A program made the position numbers and the translations under genes. A stretch of DNA of 64,000 bases from a bacterium (GTDB taxonomy: Bacteria > SAR324 > NAC60-12), in NCBI GenBank assembly GCA_965209155.1, contig OZ242383.1:1472001-1536000 (forward strand), in the 5' to 3' direction. The notes below the pieces were generated by a model. The model was not told the DNA's origin. It saw nothing but the letters and a program-made list of their open reading frames with translations, and did not search any database. This document shows, one piece after another, positions 21,501 through 32,318 of the stretch (within the stretch, counting starts at the first letter, position 1; every line of letters begins with the position of its first letter).

Positions 21501-22259
21501 GGAGGTCATAAGGTCTACCTGAGAACCGGTGAATATCCGGATGGCACCCTGGGAGAAATTTTCCTGGACATGCACAGGGAAGGCGCAGCCTTTCGCAGTA
21601 TGATGAATTGTTTCGCGATCGCCATTTCCCTGGGATTGCAGCACGGCGTGCCGCTCGAAGAGTACGTGGAAGCTTTTGTTTTCACGCGTTTCGAGCCCAA
21701 TGGCGTGGTTGCCGGAAACGACGCCATCAAGATGAGCACTTCGATCATCGACTACATTTTCCGCGAATTGGCCGTCACTTACCTGGCCCGCCATGACCTG
21801 GCGCATGTCAACCAGGAAGATTTGCGGGCCAGCGAATTGCATTCCGGCAAACAGCCCGAACCCGAATTCGAAGGAGAAGAGATCGTCGGCGAACGCACGC
21901 ACGACCGCCTTGAATCCTCAAGCGAAACCTTAAAAGGCAATGGCACGAGCGGACAACGTTCCGCTGCCGGGATGAACGGCCCTTTCATGGAGGCAGAACC
22001 TTCCTTTGCCGAATTCCCGGAGCGTGCTTCATTGACCCCGGGGAGTGGATATTCCAACAACGCCGGTCTCTCCAATACCTACTCCGTGGAAAAGAACCCG
22101 GGATGGACCATGCGGCGTTCGCAGGACGCGCAACTCCAGGAAGCCAAAATGAAAGGATACGAAGGAGAATATTGCGAAACCTGTGGACAACTGACCATGG
22201 TGCGCAATGGCTCCTGCCTGAAATGCGTCTCGTGTGGAGCCACTTCCGGCTGCAGTTGA
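18516..22259 (+). CDS. nrdJ: Adenosylcobalamin-dependent (class II) ribonucleotide reductase
   Basis: [61 protein letters not shown]-terminal CETC...CLKC..CG.TSGCS. Confidence 0.96.
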   Translation: MSLGRAGLKIDRLYTREGRDPFESIEFSTSSSVIRNPDGSVVFEWKEVTVPKSWSQIATDIIAQKYFRKAGIPRYLKPAKEKNIPVWLQPSVADKAKLANLPESEQTTVETDSRQLFRRMAGCWTYWGFKHGYFDSERDARSFHDEMGYMLASQVAAPNSPQWFNTGLNWAYGIEGPSQGHHYIDPGTGQVTPSKDAYTHPQPHACFIQSVKDDLVQEGGIMDLWTREARLFKYGSGTGTNFSDLRGGKEPLSGGGVSSGLMSFLKIGDTAAGAIKSGGTTRRAAKMVCLDMDHPDIESFINWKVVEEQKVAAMVAGSKTIAGLLNELFDAIHGWDGEAGSLPEEKYDRKKNRALYKTIRKAQQSHVPPNYIERIIQLARQGYTGIDFAEYDTDWNSEAYGTVSGQNANNSVRIDNDFMQTLQQDGDWNLYWRTEKMHAAAEGRTPQSCKTLKASELWEQIAYNAWSSADPGIQFDTTINEWHTCPEGGPIRASNPCSEYMFLDDTACNLASLNLIKFQDPQTREFDVKSFRHAVRLWTIALEISVLMAQFPSKRIAELSYNYRTLGLGYANLGTYLMTSGIPYDSNKATAICGAITAIMHMTAYATSAEMARELGPFPEYENNRRHVLRIAHNHQRAAYRVPDTEYEGLTIKPVGIDSRYCPPDLLKAAQEASDEALESGERHGFRNAQVTVIAPTGTIGLVMDCDTTGIEPDFALVKFKKLAGGGYFKIINQSIPPALRKLGYHESQVADIVNYVKGQGTLQGSPCINPEALKLKGFTEDALERVESQLSTTFDITFVFNKWVLGEEFCKQTLGLGEEKLDEAHFLKALGFSEKEIEAANDYICGTMTIEGAPHLKKEHYSVFDCANKCGRKGKRYIAPHAHIHMMAAAQPFISGSISKTINLPEHASISDIKDAYKRSWELGLKCNALYRDGSKLSQPLNTNVDEAAWDDAWEAAEEQSPEVRIAERIVHRYLAKRRRLPQRRKGYTQKAIVGGHKVYLRTGEYPDGTLGEIFLDMHREGAAFRSMMNCFAIAISLGLQHGVPLEEYVEAFVFTRFEPNGVVAGNDAIKMSTSIIDYIFRELAVTYLARHDLAHVNQEDLRASELHSGKQPEPEFEGEEIVGERTHDRLESSSETLKGNGTSGQRSAAGMNGPFMEAEPSFAEFPERASLTPGSGYSNNAGLSNTYSVEKNPGWTMRRSQDAQLQEAKMKGYEGEYCETCGQLTMVRNGSCLKCVSCGATSGCS

Positions 22260-22280
22260 GAGACAACCAGCGAGTCGGGG

Positions 22281-23660
22281 TCATTTCCCGATACAAAATT
22301 GCGCAAAAATTCGATTGAGCAAATCGTCCGCCGTCGTTTCTCCGACTATTTCTCCCAGTGCGCGCAAGCAACCGGCAAGGTCCACGGCCAGGCATTCTTC
22401 CCCCACTCCGTGATGCAAGCCTTCCAGCGCCACTTGCAAGGCGGACAATGCTTTCCTCGCCGATTGTTGCTGCCGTATGTTGGTGATGAGCGCTTGTTCT
22501 TCCATCACGAATTCATCTCGCGTGCTTTTCTCGAACAAGGATTCTTCGAGCTCCTGCAGCCCGTCCGCCTCTTTGGCCGAAACCAAGACGGTCTTGAAGG
22601 CATCGCACTGGTCCAGCCAGGCAGGTTCGTCACCGGGAAGCAAGTCCTTTTTGTTCAAGACCACGATTGTCTTTTGCGGGTCCGCTTGTTCCAGGAGTTG
22701 TCGGTCCTCCTCCTCCATCGGAGAGGAACAATCGAGGAGCAGGAGCGCCATATCCGCCGTTTCCCAGGCGTTTTTGCTCCGCAGCACCCCTTCGCTTTCG
22801 ACGACGTCCTTTGTCAGCCGGATCCCTGCCGTGTCGATCAAGCGAATGGCAAGGCCTTTAAAATGGATCGATTCTTCGATAACGTCCCGGGTCGTCCCGG
22901 GGATTTCCGTCACAATGGCGCGATTTTCGCGCAACAAGGCGTTGAGCAAGCTGGATTTCCCGACGTTGGGACGGCCGATGAGCGCCACTCCCAAACCGGA
23001 TCTCAGGATCTTGCCCTGCTCTGCAGACGAAAGCAGCGCTTCCAATTCCTCACTCGCCTGCTCCAGTCGAGTCACGCATTCCTCCTGTTGCGTGAATGCT
23101 TCGTCTTCATCAGAAAAGTCGATAGTGGCTTCGATCAACGCCGCCACTTGGGCCACCTGGTCCTGGATCGCCGCAATGGCCTCATACAGTTTGCCTTTCA
23201 GTTGGTTGACTGCCGTATAAATTCCCAAACGGGAACGCGCGTGGATCAGGTCGGACACCGCTTCCACCCGGGTCAGGTCCAGTCGTCCATGTAAAAAGGC
23301 GCGTTGGGTGAACTCTCCCGGTTCGGCCAGACGCACGTCCTGCTTCAATATCAATTCCAGGACAGCCCGCAAGACGGCAACTCCGCCATGACACTGGAAT
23401 TCTACGACGTCCTCCGTGGTGTAGGAATTGGGAGCCCGCATCACCGCGACCAACGCTTCGTCCAATGAGCGCCCCTGGTCGTGGATCCATCCATGATAAA
23501 GCCGGTGGGATTCCGCATGCTCGAGTTTTTGCGCGGAACGGGCTGGGGAAAAAATGGCGCAGGCGACCGGTAAGGCTCTTTTTCCACTGAGGCGAACCAC
23601 GCCAATGCCTGCCGGTCCCGTTGCCGTGGCAATGGCTGCAATCGTATCGTCCAAACGCAT
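22281..23660 (-). CDS. mnmE: tRNA modification GTPase MnmE
   Basis: DTIAAIAT, GEFTQRAF..GRLDL, GRPNVGKSS, PGTTRD, DTAG, terminal FCIGK. Confidence 0.97.
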   Translation of the reverse strand: MRLDDTIAAIATATGPAGIGVVRLSGKRALPVACAIFSPARSAQKLEHAESHRLYHGWIHDQGRSLDEALVAVMRAPNSYTTEDVVEFQCHGGVAVLRAVLELILKQDVRLAEPGEFTQRAFLHGRLDLTRVEAVSDLIHARSRLGIYTAVNQLKGKLYEAIAAIQDQVAQVAALIEATIDFSDEDEAFTQQEECVTRLEQASEELEALLSSAEQGKILRSGLGVALIGRPNVGKSSLLNALLRENRAIVTEIPGTTRDVIEESIHFKGLAIRLIDTAGIRLTKDVVESEGVLRSKNAWETADMALLLLDCSSPMEEEDRQLLEQADPQKTIVVLNKKDLLPGDEPAWLDQCDAFKTVLVSAKEADGLQELEESLFEKSTRDEFVMEEQALITNIRQQQSARKALSALQVALEGLHHGVGEECLAVDLAGCLRALGEIVGETTADDLLNRIFAQFCIGK

Positions 23661-23753
23661 GACTTTTTCACTCGGATGCGATTAACCAGGAATTGTGAGA
23701 TTCCAATTCTACGGGATATCGGAACTCGTGTAAATTCAATCTCATCATACTTA

Positions 23754-24105
23754 ACCTGAGTTCGAGATAATAATTTAATAAATTCAAAATGTTATGGGAT
23801 CCTCATATCTTTGAGAATCCTTGTCATTCCTGGCTTGACCAGGAATCCAGGGGTATGCAGTCAGATCAAAAACGGGTTCCTTCCCTGTCTTGATCCGGGA
23901 TTACGCGAGGTTGACAAAAACATTAAGATCCTCCTATTACGTAAATCAGGAGTTAAAAAACGTGTCATTCCTGGCTTGACCAGGAATCCAGGGTTATGCA
24001 GCCAGATCAAAAACGGGTTCCTTCCCTGTCTTGATCCGGGATTACGCGAGGTTGACAAATACATCAAGATCCTCATATTCTTGAAGAGTAATGTCGAACT
24101 CAGGT
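23754..24105. mobile_element. MITE (352 bp) with ACCTGAGTTCGA TIRs and two 141-bp-spaced REP-like hairpin units
   Basis: Ends ACCTGAGTTCGA / TCGAACTCAGGT; flanks TACTTA and TACCTA; internal TGTCATTCCTGGCTTGACCAGGAATCCAGG at 23822 and 23963. Confidence 0.85.
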
Positions 24106-24201
24106 TACCTATTAAAAATGGATTTTTTATTCATTTCAAGGCATATATTGGCATTCCATCGCATCTCATTTCCATTCACTTATACCGTGGTCAAGGCTTC
24201 C

Positions 24202-25284
24202 ATGCTTCCTTCCGATTTTCCTGCATTCCAAAACAAACTGTTGCATTGGTTTGCCCGGCACCAACGGGATTTGCCATGGCGTCGCACGTACGATCCCTAT
24301 GCGGTGTGGATTTCCGAAATCATGCTGCAGCAGACTCAAGTGACCACCGTCTTGCCTTTTTTTTCACGATGGATGACAAGGCTTCCTAGCATCGAGAGCG
24401 TGGCGGAGGCGTCTGAAGATACTATTCTCAAGCTTTGGGAGGGATTGGGATATTACTCCCGCGCGCAAAACATCCGGAAAGCCGCGCAACGGATCCTCGA
24501 GGAGCACCAAGGCGAATTTCCCGGGGATTTCGAGAAAATCCTCGCCCTTCCCGGCATCGGACGATATACCGCAGGCGCCATTGCCAGCGTCGCTTTCAAT
24601 CAAGACCAACCCGTCGTCGATGGCAACGTGGAGCGAGTGATCTGCCGTTTGATGAATTTCCGGGAAAATCCCAAGTCCGCTTCAATGCGTAAAACTTTGT
24701 GGCAGCTTGCCGAATCCTGGATTCCCCGTGGACAGGCGCGTTTCTTCAACCAGGCCTTGATGGAATTGGGCGCCTTGATCTGCCTCCCGCAATCTCCCGC
24801 TTGTCTGATCTGTCCGGCGAATACGTTTTGTCAGGCTCTGCAGGCAGGTTCTCCGGAGCAAGTTCCCGCCAAAACGCAGCGGCGTCCTTTGCAGTCCATC
24901 ACTACGCTCCTGGCAGTCATTCAAAAGGAGAAACAGTTTTTGATTCGCAAACGTCCCTCAGAAGGATTGATGGCAGGCTTGTGGGAATTTCCCAATATCC
25001 CACTCAATGGAAAGCGGGACCTGCAACAGACCTTGATCACGGGCATGAGAGAGCAGCACCAGGTGGGTATTTCCATCGTGCGGCGCTTGTCGACCATCAA
25101 ACACGGGTACACCTCCTTCAAAGTGACCCTGCACTGTTTTTTATGCGCTTGTGAGGACAATCAATCACCCGGAGAATCCGCATCGGTCCAATGGGTCGCA
25201 TTGAACCAATTGAGCCGATTTTCTTTTCCGGCCGCGCATCTCAGGTTGATCCGGATTTTGCAAAACCCTGCCCGGGATGCCTGA
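24202..25284 (+). CDS. mutY: A/G-specific adenine glycosylase MutY
   Basis: RDLPWR, VWISEIMLQQTQV, WEGLGYYSRA, LPGIGRYTA, VDGNV.RV, FeS motif C..SPACLICP...C, GLWEFP. Confidence 0.95.
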   Translation: MLPSDFPAFQNKLLHWFARHQRDLPWRRTYDPYAVWISEIMLQQTQVTTVLPFFSRWMTRLPSIESVAEASEDTILKLWEGLGYYSRAQNIRKAAQRILEEHQGEFPGDFEKILALPGIGRYTAGAIASVAFNQDQPVVDGNVERVICRLMNFRENPKSASMRKTLWQLAESWIPRGQARFFNQALMELGALICLPQSPACLICPANTFCQALQAGSPEQVPAKTQRRPLQSITTLLAVIQKEKQFLIRKRPSEGLMAGLWEFPNIPLNGKRDLQQTLITGMREQHQVGISIVRRLSTIKHGYTSFKVTLHCFLCACEDNQSPGESASVQWVALNQLSRFSFPAAHLRLIRILQNPARDA

Positions 25285-25489
25285 CCAGGAAGCGGCCCCG
25301 GGTTGTAAACAAGACCCTGCCCAAGGTGCTTGACCGGGAAGAACGTGGCCCCGGCTTGTATCAGAGAAGTGCAAATAGGCGTGCCAAATTCAGGGTTCCG
25401 GCATTTTCAAGGAACTGCGAAAAAGGCGTCGTTTTTTCTTGATATGACCCTTTTTTTTCGATAGGCTTGTAAACTACCTACCAAGACAC

Positions 25490-25565
<76 letters not shown>

Positions 25566-25743
25566 ATCTTCTCTCACTTCGAGACTCATTGCTATGCCGT
25601 GATCATTGCGGAACCACTTCGAAGTGATGGACAATTCAATAATCGTATTCGTTCCCACATCTTCAATTTAACTCTGGAAACTATTGACATTGCCCCTTTC
25701 CATCAAAAAAATGTGATTAATATTTTGGGGGATTGTATACTCA

Positions 25744-25953
25744 ACCTGAGTTCGAGATAAGCATTTAATAATTTCAATATGTTATGGAATCTTCATATCT
25801 CAGAGAAACCTTGTCATTCCTGCGAAAGCAGGAATCCAGAGGTATGCAGCCAGACAGGAATCTGGATCCCTCCCGGACTTGATCCGGGATCACGCGAGGA
25901 TGACATATACGCTAGGATACTCATACTATTGAAGATTTATGTCGAACTCAGGT
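25744..25953. mobile_element. MITE (210 bp), same family as 23754-24105, one hairpin unit
   Basis: Same TIRs; perfect 6-bp target duplication TACTCA (25738-25743, 25954-25959); internal GTCATTCCTGCGAAAGCAGGAATCCA. Confidence 0.88.
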
Positions 25954-25979
25954 TACTCAACTGACCAGAATGCTTTAAT

Positions 25980-27113
25980 TTAATTTTGTAACATAATATC
26001 TGTGTTGGTAGTATATTTTCTTCCATATTTTTTCAGCAAACCAAGATCAACCAATTCCTGTAAATCTCTCGATAGTGTCAATCTTTTTAAATTAACGTAG
26101 TCTTTTGCAATTTCAGGATTCAGTTTAAGAATATCATTAATACTGAGTTCACTGAATAAAGGAAAATTCAACATAAGATCACGTTTTCTTTTAAATACGG
26201 TACGTTTATTCATTGTAATATTAGAAAATCGTTCATATATGAAATTTTTCCAGATGATTTTAAATTGTCCATCATAAATTTCATTCAGATCGTACTGTAA
26301 CTGATCATAAAACCCATTGATTGCATATTGAATAAAATCATCCAAATTATTTTTTTTACGAGCATTATCTAGTTGTCGATAATATTCCATTCTGGTCTCA
26401 TTGTAATAATTGGAAAGCATATGCGAAGCAAGTGGTGAAATTCCACCTCGTAATAATATAAAAAACTCTAATAATCGGCCAGTACGGCCATTCCCGTCAC
26501 CAAAAGGGTGGATCCACTCCAAATATACATGAGCAACTATAGCTTGGATAAATAACTCATGAAAATAGAATGGACTGTCTTTGTCATATTGGAATTGCTT
26601 CTCAATCCAATTACAAAATTTTTCGATTAATTCTGGAATATTTTGATAATCCGGCGCGCGATATCCTCCTACGACACGATTGTCTTCTCTAAATTTACCT
26701 GGACAGGCATCAAAGTGATCTCCAAGATTTCTCCCGACCATCTGATGAAAATCCCTGATCAGTCGTGAAGTAATTGGAGCCGTTTTGTTTTCACGTACCA
26801 ATTCTTTTAATAATTGATTGAATGCATCCAAAACATTTTTAACTTCAATTGCCAAATATTCCTTGCTCTTCGGAGGACTCCAACCGCTATTCAATTGGTC
26901 GATCTCGAATTCATTCAAAGTATTACCTTCAATTGCAGTTGTCGCTTGAGCCCCTTTGATAAAGGACATTCTTTGCAAATTTTCTCGAATTTCCGGAAAC
27001 AAGGGAATTTGATTCAATGACTCGCAATGAGCTGCGCATTTGCCTAGTATGAAGAATAACCTGGGACTGACCTCCCAATTTTTCTTAAATGAAATATGTT
27101 CATTTTTTCTCAT
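25980..27113 (-). CDS. Fic family protein
   Basis: Canonical HPFGDGNGRTGR and N-terminal TTAIEGN inhibitory-helix motif; AT-rich. Confidence 0.92.
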   Translation of the reverse strand: MRKNEHISFKKNWEVSPRLFFILGKCAAHCESLNQIPLFPEIRENLQRMSFIKGAQATTAIEGNTLNEFEIDQLNSGWSPPKSKEYLAIEVKNVLDAFNQLLKELVRENKTAPITSRLIRDFHQMVGRNLGDHFDACPGKFREDNRVVGGYRAPDYQNIPELIEKFCNWIEKQFQYDKDSPFYFHELFIQAIVAHVYLEWIHPFGDGNGRTGRLLEFFILLRGGISPLASHMLSNYYNETRMEYYRQLDNARKKNNLDDFIQYAINGFYDQLQYDLNEIYDGQFKIIWKNFIYERFSNITMNKRTVFKRKRDLMLNFPLFSELSINDILKLNPEIAKDYVNLKRLTLSRDLQELVDLGLLKKYGRKYTTNTDIMLQN

Positions 27114-27384
27114 ATTGCCTTTTATTCATATTTTAAATCGATAAATAATACCTGTATATTGTACAATATAATTATAAAAATAGAACAATAAAAATATCAA
27201 AATAATTATAATATTTGTTATAATAAAAATATTTTATAATAATATCAAGTATTTATTTATTTATATTTGTGACAAATAAACTTTCAAATGTGTAACTCCT
27301 ATTGAGTCTTAGAATAAATATTTATATAAAACTAGTGATAATTTCAGTTAAAAATACAATAAATGCAAAATATCGCTTGACATT

Positions 27385-27978
27385 GCCAGGGACAGCCAGG
27401 TCTGCATCAGTACCATCCTACGCATGTACTCGCTCCTCAAGAGTCAGGAATTGGACGAAGCCGCTGAGGAGATGAATCCGGCGGAGATACAACAAGCCAG
27501 ACAACCGGTGCCGGTTGTATACAACGACAAGATTCCACCCGAATTCTTTGACTTTATCCTCATCGACGAATGCCACCGCTCAATTTACAACTCTAAATTT
27601 GTCTATCTCCAGGCTCTAGCGCCTTTCTTTAATTCCAAGGTGAGATCTGAGGCATCTGCGACAACTCTTCCGATCTTGAATAAATCTAAGTTCCAAGAAT
27701 TGCCATTCATTCTTTGTACATTGACTGAACAGCAGGAAATTGTTCGTCTGTTGGAAAGACAATTCGTGGCGGTTGAGCAGCTGGATCAGGAAATCGACTC
27801 GGCATTGGAGAAAGCGGAGATTTTGCGTCAGTCTATCCTCAAGAAGGCTTTTTCCGGGGAGCTTGTCCCGCAGGACCCGAACGACGAACCCGCGTCTGAA
27901 CTGCTCAATCGCATCACTGAGGAAAAAACCAGGCGGGATACTGCAGTTAAAGTTGCAACGAGAAAAGCCTCTCCTTGA
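27385..27978 (+). pseudogene. hsdR internal fragment fused to the 3' part of an hsdS
   Basis: 27385-27591 closely matches intact hsdR at ~39761-39968 (...DECHRSIYN); it continues into SATTLPILNKSKF..LP....L.EQQEIV...LRQSILKKAFSGELVPQDPNDEP. Confidence 0.9.
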
Positions 27979-28158
27979 GAGAGCAAGATTCGACATAACA
28001 AAATTCTTATATCGAAATGAATATACCTATTGGATATATTGCATTTTTAATATCGATAAAACGTCTATAATCGATATAAATATTGCTAAATCTCGAATAT
28101 CAGTCGCTTTGCGATATCAGACCGTCCCCTATGAATAATTGCCGTAACCTGATGAGCC

Positions 28159-28617
28159 ATGAATATCTCTGAATTTACCGCAGGACGCAGGGAAAAGCAG
28201 ACCAGTACCAAAGCTTTTTGCCAGAACTGATCAATCACGGTTGGACGCTGAATGATGCACCCACCTTGTTGATGCTTGATGAAGCCAGCCGATTGCTCGG
28301 CGAGTTGAGTGCATTTGCCCAAATTGTGCCTGATGTTGATTTTTTTATTCAAATGCACATTACCAAAGAAGCGACGACCCCCACCCGAATTGAGGGTACG
28401 CAAACCAAGTAAAAAAAATGCCCGTCAGATTATGCGCAGCCTTTACCGTGATCCGGTAATTAATTCGAGGTATGTCAGCGAAAAATTGAATATCCGGCAA
28501 AACACTGCCAGTGCACTGGTGTATGATTTTGAAGTGCTGGGAATCTTGCGTGAACTGACTGGCCAAAAACGCAATCGGCTGTACGTTTTTTCTGAATATA
28601 TTCAACTATTTTATTAG
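28159..28617 (+). pseudogene. Second Fic-family gene with catalytic core deleted and a frameshift
   Basis: N-terminus (...EASRLLGEL...KEA....RIEGTQT) joined to a C-terminal HTH (GILRELTGQKRNRLYVF.EY); no HPFxDGNGR motif. Confidence 0.75.
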
Positions 28618-28626
28618 GAATAATTG

Positions 28627-29499
28627 ATGAATACTTCCCCCATCGTCTCCAGAGTCTGGAGTTTCTGCACCACCTTGCGCGATGACGGGGTGAGCTATGG
28701 CGACTACCTGGAACAGCTGACCTAATCGCCCAATGATTCACTCGTAGCCGATGCCGGTATGCGCTTTGACTATGTGCTCGCCAATCCGCCTTTTGGTAAG
28801 AAGAGTTCCATGAACTTCACGAACGAGGAGGGAGAACAGGAAAAGGACGACCTGACCTACAACCGGCAGGACTTCTGGGCGACCACCTCGAACAAGCAAC
28901 TCAATTTCGTTCAGCATATTCGCACGATGCTGAAAACCACCGGACGCGCTGCCGTGGTCGTACCGGATAACGTGCTTTTCGAAGGCGGCGCGGGTGAGAC
29001 GATTCGTAAAAAGCTGCTGGACAATACGGACCTGCACACCATCCTGCGATTGCCGACCGGCGTTTTCTATGCGCAGGGAGTCAAGGCCAATGTGATCTTT
29101 TTCGACAATCGTGAGGCCAATCCGTATCCCTGGACCAAGCAGGTCTGGTATTACGACTACCGCACTAATATTCACCACACGCTCAAGAAAAAGCCGATGC
29201 GTTTCGAGGATCTGTCGGACTTTGTCAATTGCTATAACCCGCAAAATCGTCACGAACGAAAGGCGACATGGGACGAAAAAGACGCACCGGAAGGCCGTTG
29301 GCGTAGCTACAGCTATGACGAAATCAAGGCGCGGGGGGACAAAACCAGCCTCGACCTTTTCTGGCTCAAGGACAAAAGCTTGACGGACCTGGACAACCTG
29401 CCTGATCCTGAAGACCTTGCCGAAGAAATCATCGAAAACCTCGAAGCCGGACTCAACAGCTTCCGTGAGGTCCTCACCGGATTGGAAAGCACCAGGTAG
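28627..29499 (+). pseudogene. hsdM paralog with ~620-bp internal deletion
   Basis: MNTSPIVSRVWSFCTTLRDDGVSYGDYLEQLT then a jump to SPNDSLVADAGMRF...; near-identical to 43225-43322 and 43944-44715; SAM-binding DPACGTGG lost. Confidence 0.93.
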
Positions 29500-29824
29500 C
29501 GGAGAAGTGAGGGAGATAAATCCTGATGTCTGAACATGGAACTTTGCAAGCTGCAGCCGATAACTCTGATTTTCAAACGAGGTTGTAAAATAATCCCAAG
29601 AATTCTAAAAAAAGATCGAATTCAAGGTAACTATAACCCTTCCTTGGTTCAAAATCCTTGGTTTATAAATAAATTCGAAGTTTGGTTTTACCGTTAATCT
29701 CTCACTTTGACTTATTCTAAATCTTCAACTTATCACTAAAACTATTGACATTGCCCTTTTCCATCTATAAAAATGTAATAAATTTTATGTTTAATGTTGT
29801 ATAAGGTTAATCAAACTTTATGAA

Positions 29825-30895
29825 ATGGAATTCAGTATGGAAAAACTGATAACCATCAGTCAAGCAGCAGAGAAGATAGGCGTGAGCCCCGAAACTTTGC
29901 GCCGCTGGGATAAAACTGGAAAATTCAAATCCCAACGCCATCCTATTAACAATTACAGGGTATATACACCGGACCAGGTGAGCCAGTTTATTCAGGAAAT
30001 CGAATCGGATTACACTCAACCTTACTTGTTTTCAAATCCTGCCGCCCCATACTATGAAACGGAATCGGGTAAACTCTACAATATTGATGCCATTCAATTT
30101 TTGAAAAACCTGGACACGGGTTCCGCCCAGTTGGTATTTGCCGATCCTCCTTATAATATAAAAAAAGCAGAGTGGGATTCATTTCAATCACAAAAAGACT
30201 ATGTTGATTGGAGCGTGGAATGGATTCAAGAAGCCCACAGGGTTCTGAAATCTGATGGAAGTTTATATATCTGCGGGTTCTCTGAAATATTAGCGGATCT
30301 CAAATGGGCGGCGAGCCCCTTTTTCAAAGGTTGCAAATGGCTCGTCTGGTATTATCGGAACAAGGCAAATCTGACCAATGACTGGGGGCGTTCCCATGAA
30401 AGCTTACTTCATTTCAGAAAAAGTAAAAAATTCACTTTCAACGTTGATCAAGTGAGAGTGCCCTACAATGCCCATACTTTGAAATACCCCAGCCATCCTC
30501 AAGCTGAAACTTCTCAATACAGTCATCGAAAGCAATACAGTTGGTCACCTCATCCCAAAGGCGCCAAACCCAAGGATGTCTTTGAAATTCCAACTTTGAC
30601 CAATAGTTCATGGGAAAGAGAAAAACACCCGACTCAAAAACCTGTTGAACTGATTAAAAAATGTGTGCTGGCCTCTTCAGATTCCAACAATTTGGTGATT
30701 GATCCATTTGGAGGGTCCGGAACTACATTTGCGGTTGCTGAAGCCTTTCAAAGAAAATGGTCAGGAAGCGAATCAAATCTCAGCTATTGTGAAATTATCA
30801 AAAAACGACTGTCTGATAAAGATCACCTGGTAAGAATTGCTCATGGAAAAGACGATGATATGGCCATTGCGCGTCGTATGAAGCTAAGGGGATAG
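29825..30895 (+). CDS. Type II amino DNA methyltransferase (beta class) with N-terminal MerR-like HTH
   Basis: ITISQAAEKIGVSPETLRRWD..GK......N.YRVY; DPPY precedes HPTQKP and DPFGGSGT. Confidence 0.9.
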   Translation: MEFSMEKLITISQAAEKIGVSPETLRRWDKTGKFKSQRHPINNYRVYTPDQVSQFIQEIESDYTQPYLFSNPAAPYYETESGKLYNIDAIQFLKNLDTGSAQLVFADPPYNIKKAEWDSFQSQKDYVDWSVEWIQEAHRVLKSDGSLYICGFSEILADLKWAASPFFKGCKWLVWYYRNKANLTNDWGRSHESLLHFRKSKKFTFNVDQVRVPYNAHTLKYPSHPQAETSQYSHRKQYSWSPHPKGAKPKDVFEIPTLTNSSWEREKHPTQKPVELIKKCVLASSDSNNLVIDPFGGSGTTFAVAEAFQRKWSGSESNLSYCEIIKKRLSDKDHLVRIAHGKDDDMAIARRMKLRG

Positions 30896-31774
30896 CAATT
30901 TCCAGATATTATCTAAAATGAATTTTGAAAATGGGTGTATGTACTGATTGTAGGGAGGTTCCATCGTTTTGGGAGGAGGATCGATGAAATAGACCCCCTC
31001 GAGTTCAGTTAAAAACCGGGTATAAACCATGAATAATCCGGAAACGAAGGTGTAACTGATGTTTTCCTGTTCTTTCCTTTGGATATCATTGAGGAAAATT
31101 CCAACTACCTTTACCGAATGATTAGCAAATTTTTGTATTAGCATTTTGTCTAAAAAAATTTTTCCCAATCGGTCTTTTGATGAAGTTTTCAACGATACGA
31201 CAATCTCTTGTTCACGAATTTCTTTTGAATTGGATTTCACTTCATCAAACGGAGAAAAAACCATATCCGTCTCACAAGAATAAGTCTTTTCCCCCTCGCC
31301 TGTAGGGTATGGAATTTTAAATACAACTTTTTTGTTAGGAACTCCCAAACTGGATATAATCAACCGAATTAGTTCTTCAAAGCGGTTTCCGACATGTTTA
31401 CGAGCACTATTCGGATTTCCCAGAAAATCCAATCCCACGCCGATTGATTGCTGGATTGAATACACCACCTTATCCATTGTTTCATATACATCTGCATCAA
31501 ATCCGTGATTGCGATTACTGGCTTCTTCCAGAATCTCCAGAAATTTTTGAAATCGGTCTTTAAATTCCTCTACATGGAAAATAAACAGACGGTTGTTGAT
31601 AGGTCGGGCATATTTTATGGTTCCTGCAATTACGGAGGACAAGATCACGTACCCTTTGACTTCTTTTCTAACCGAAACCACATCAGGCAAGTAATCCAAT
31701 ACCCTCCTGGTAACTTCAGCAAAATCACTGAGATTGTCTTTTGGAGTCTGTAAATCCTCAATCAATGAATTCAT
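30884..31774 (-). CDS. Putative cognate type II restriction endonuclease
   Basis: Convergent with and overlapping the MTase; RK.VGNRFEE, ETDMVF, VSLKTSSKDR resemble a PD-(D/E)XK variant with an SxK...R active site. Confidence 0.7.
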   Translation of the reverse strand: MNSLIEDLQTPKDNLSDFAEVTRRVLDYLPDVVSVRKEVKGYVILSSVIAGTIKYARPINNRLFIFHVEEFKDRFQKFLEILEEASNRNHGFDADVYETMDKVVYSIQQSIGVGLDFLGNPNSARKHVGNRFEELIRLIISSLGVPNKKVVFKIPYPTGEGEKTYSCETDMVFSPFDEVKSNSKEIREQEIVVSLKTSSKDRLGKIFLDKMLIQKFANHSVKVVGIFLNDIQRKEQENISYTFVSGLFMVYTRFLTELEGVYFIDPPPKTMEPPYNQYIHPFSKFILDNIWKLLSP

Positions 31775-32009
31775 GGTTATTTTGCTTCTCAGAGATTCAG
31801 AATATCGTCAGGATGCCTTTTTGCGTCCTTTTACATCACAACGAAGAGAGGTCATATAAAAAAAGTAAGTGAGGCAAAGCAAAGAAGCAACGCGAAAGAA
31901 AGAAGCGAATCGTATCGATCTCTGGTCAAGGGAGAAATTAAGTTTTCCACCAGTTTTTTATTCATCCAGCAACTCATTCCTTTGGGATTGCTTCGCCTGT
32001 GCTCGATTT

Positions 32010-32183
32010 GAATTCAAAGACGGCTCAGGCGCAGAGACGCGTGAAATAACCGGTGGACTCAATCTCGATATCGATGCCAACGGAAATGTTGTGGGTTTTG
32101 ATATTGACCATAACTCCAAACGCATTGATCTTTCTATCCTTGAAACAGAAGCGTTACCTGTTAGTGCTCACAGAGCCGGCTGA
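32010..32183 (+). pseudogene. DUF2283-like small protein, N-terminus lost
   Basis: EFKDGSGAETREITGGLNLDIDANGNVVGFDI pattern. Confidence 0.55.
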
Positions 32184-32318
32184 TCAAACGCGTTAATAAA
32201 AAAAATTTTGTGTGAATTTAAAAGTCATTGATTTGCTTGAAAAGACGAACTCCGACAAATTCCATGGTACAAGCATATCCAGTACCTGTAAAAACTCTGA
32301 CCTGGGTTGGAGCAGTAT

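Noticed and set aside
18516..22259. Intein or intron in the long nrdJ
   Set aside because: No splice-junction or homing-endonuclease motifs seen; the length is explained by family-type insertions and a low-complexity linker.
19242..23294. Long antisense ORFs (307, 463, 331 aa) and similar ones opposite hsdR/hsdM and the cysteine synthase
   Set aside because: Shadow frames of well-supported genes with no motifs of their own.
23811..24389. 192-aa ORF with an internal repeat
   Set aside because: It is a translation of the MITE tandem units running out of frame into mutY.
27592..27978. hsdS shufflon or silent cassette
   Set aside because: Only part of one TRD remains, it is in direct rather than inverted orientation, and no recombinase is nearby.
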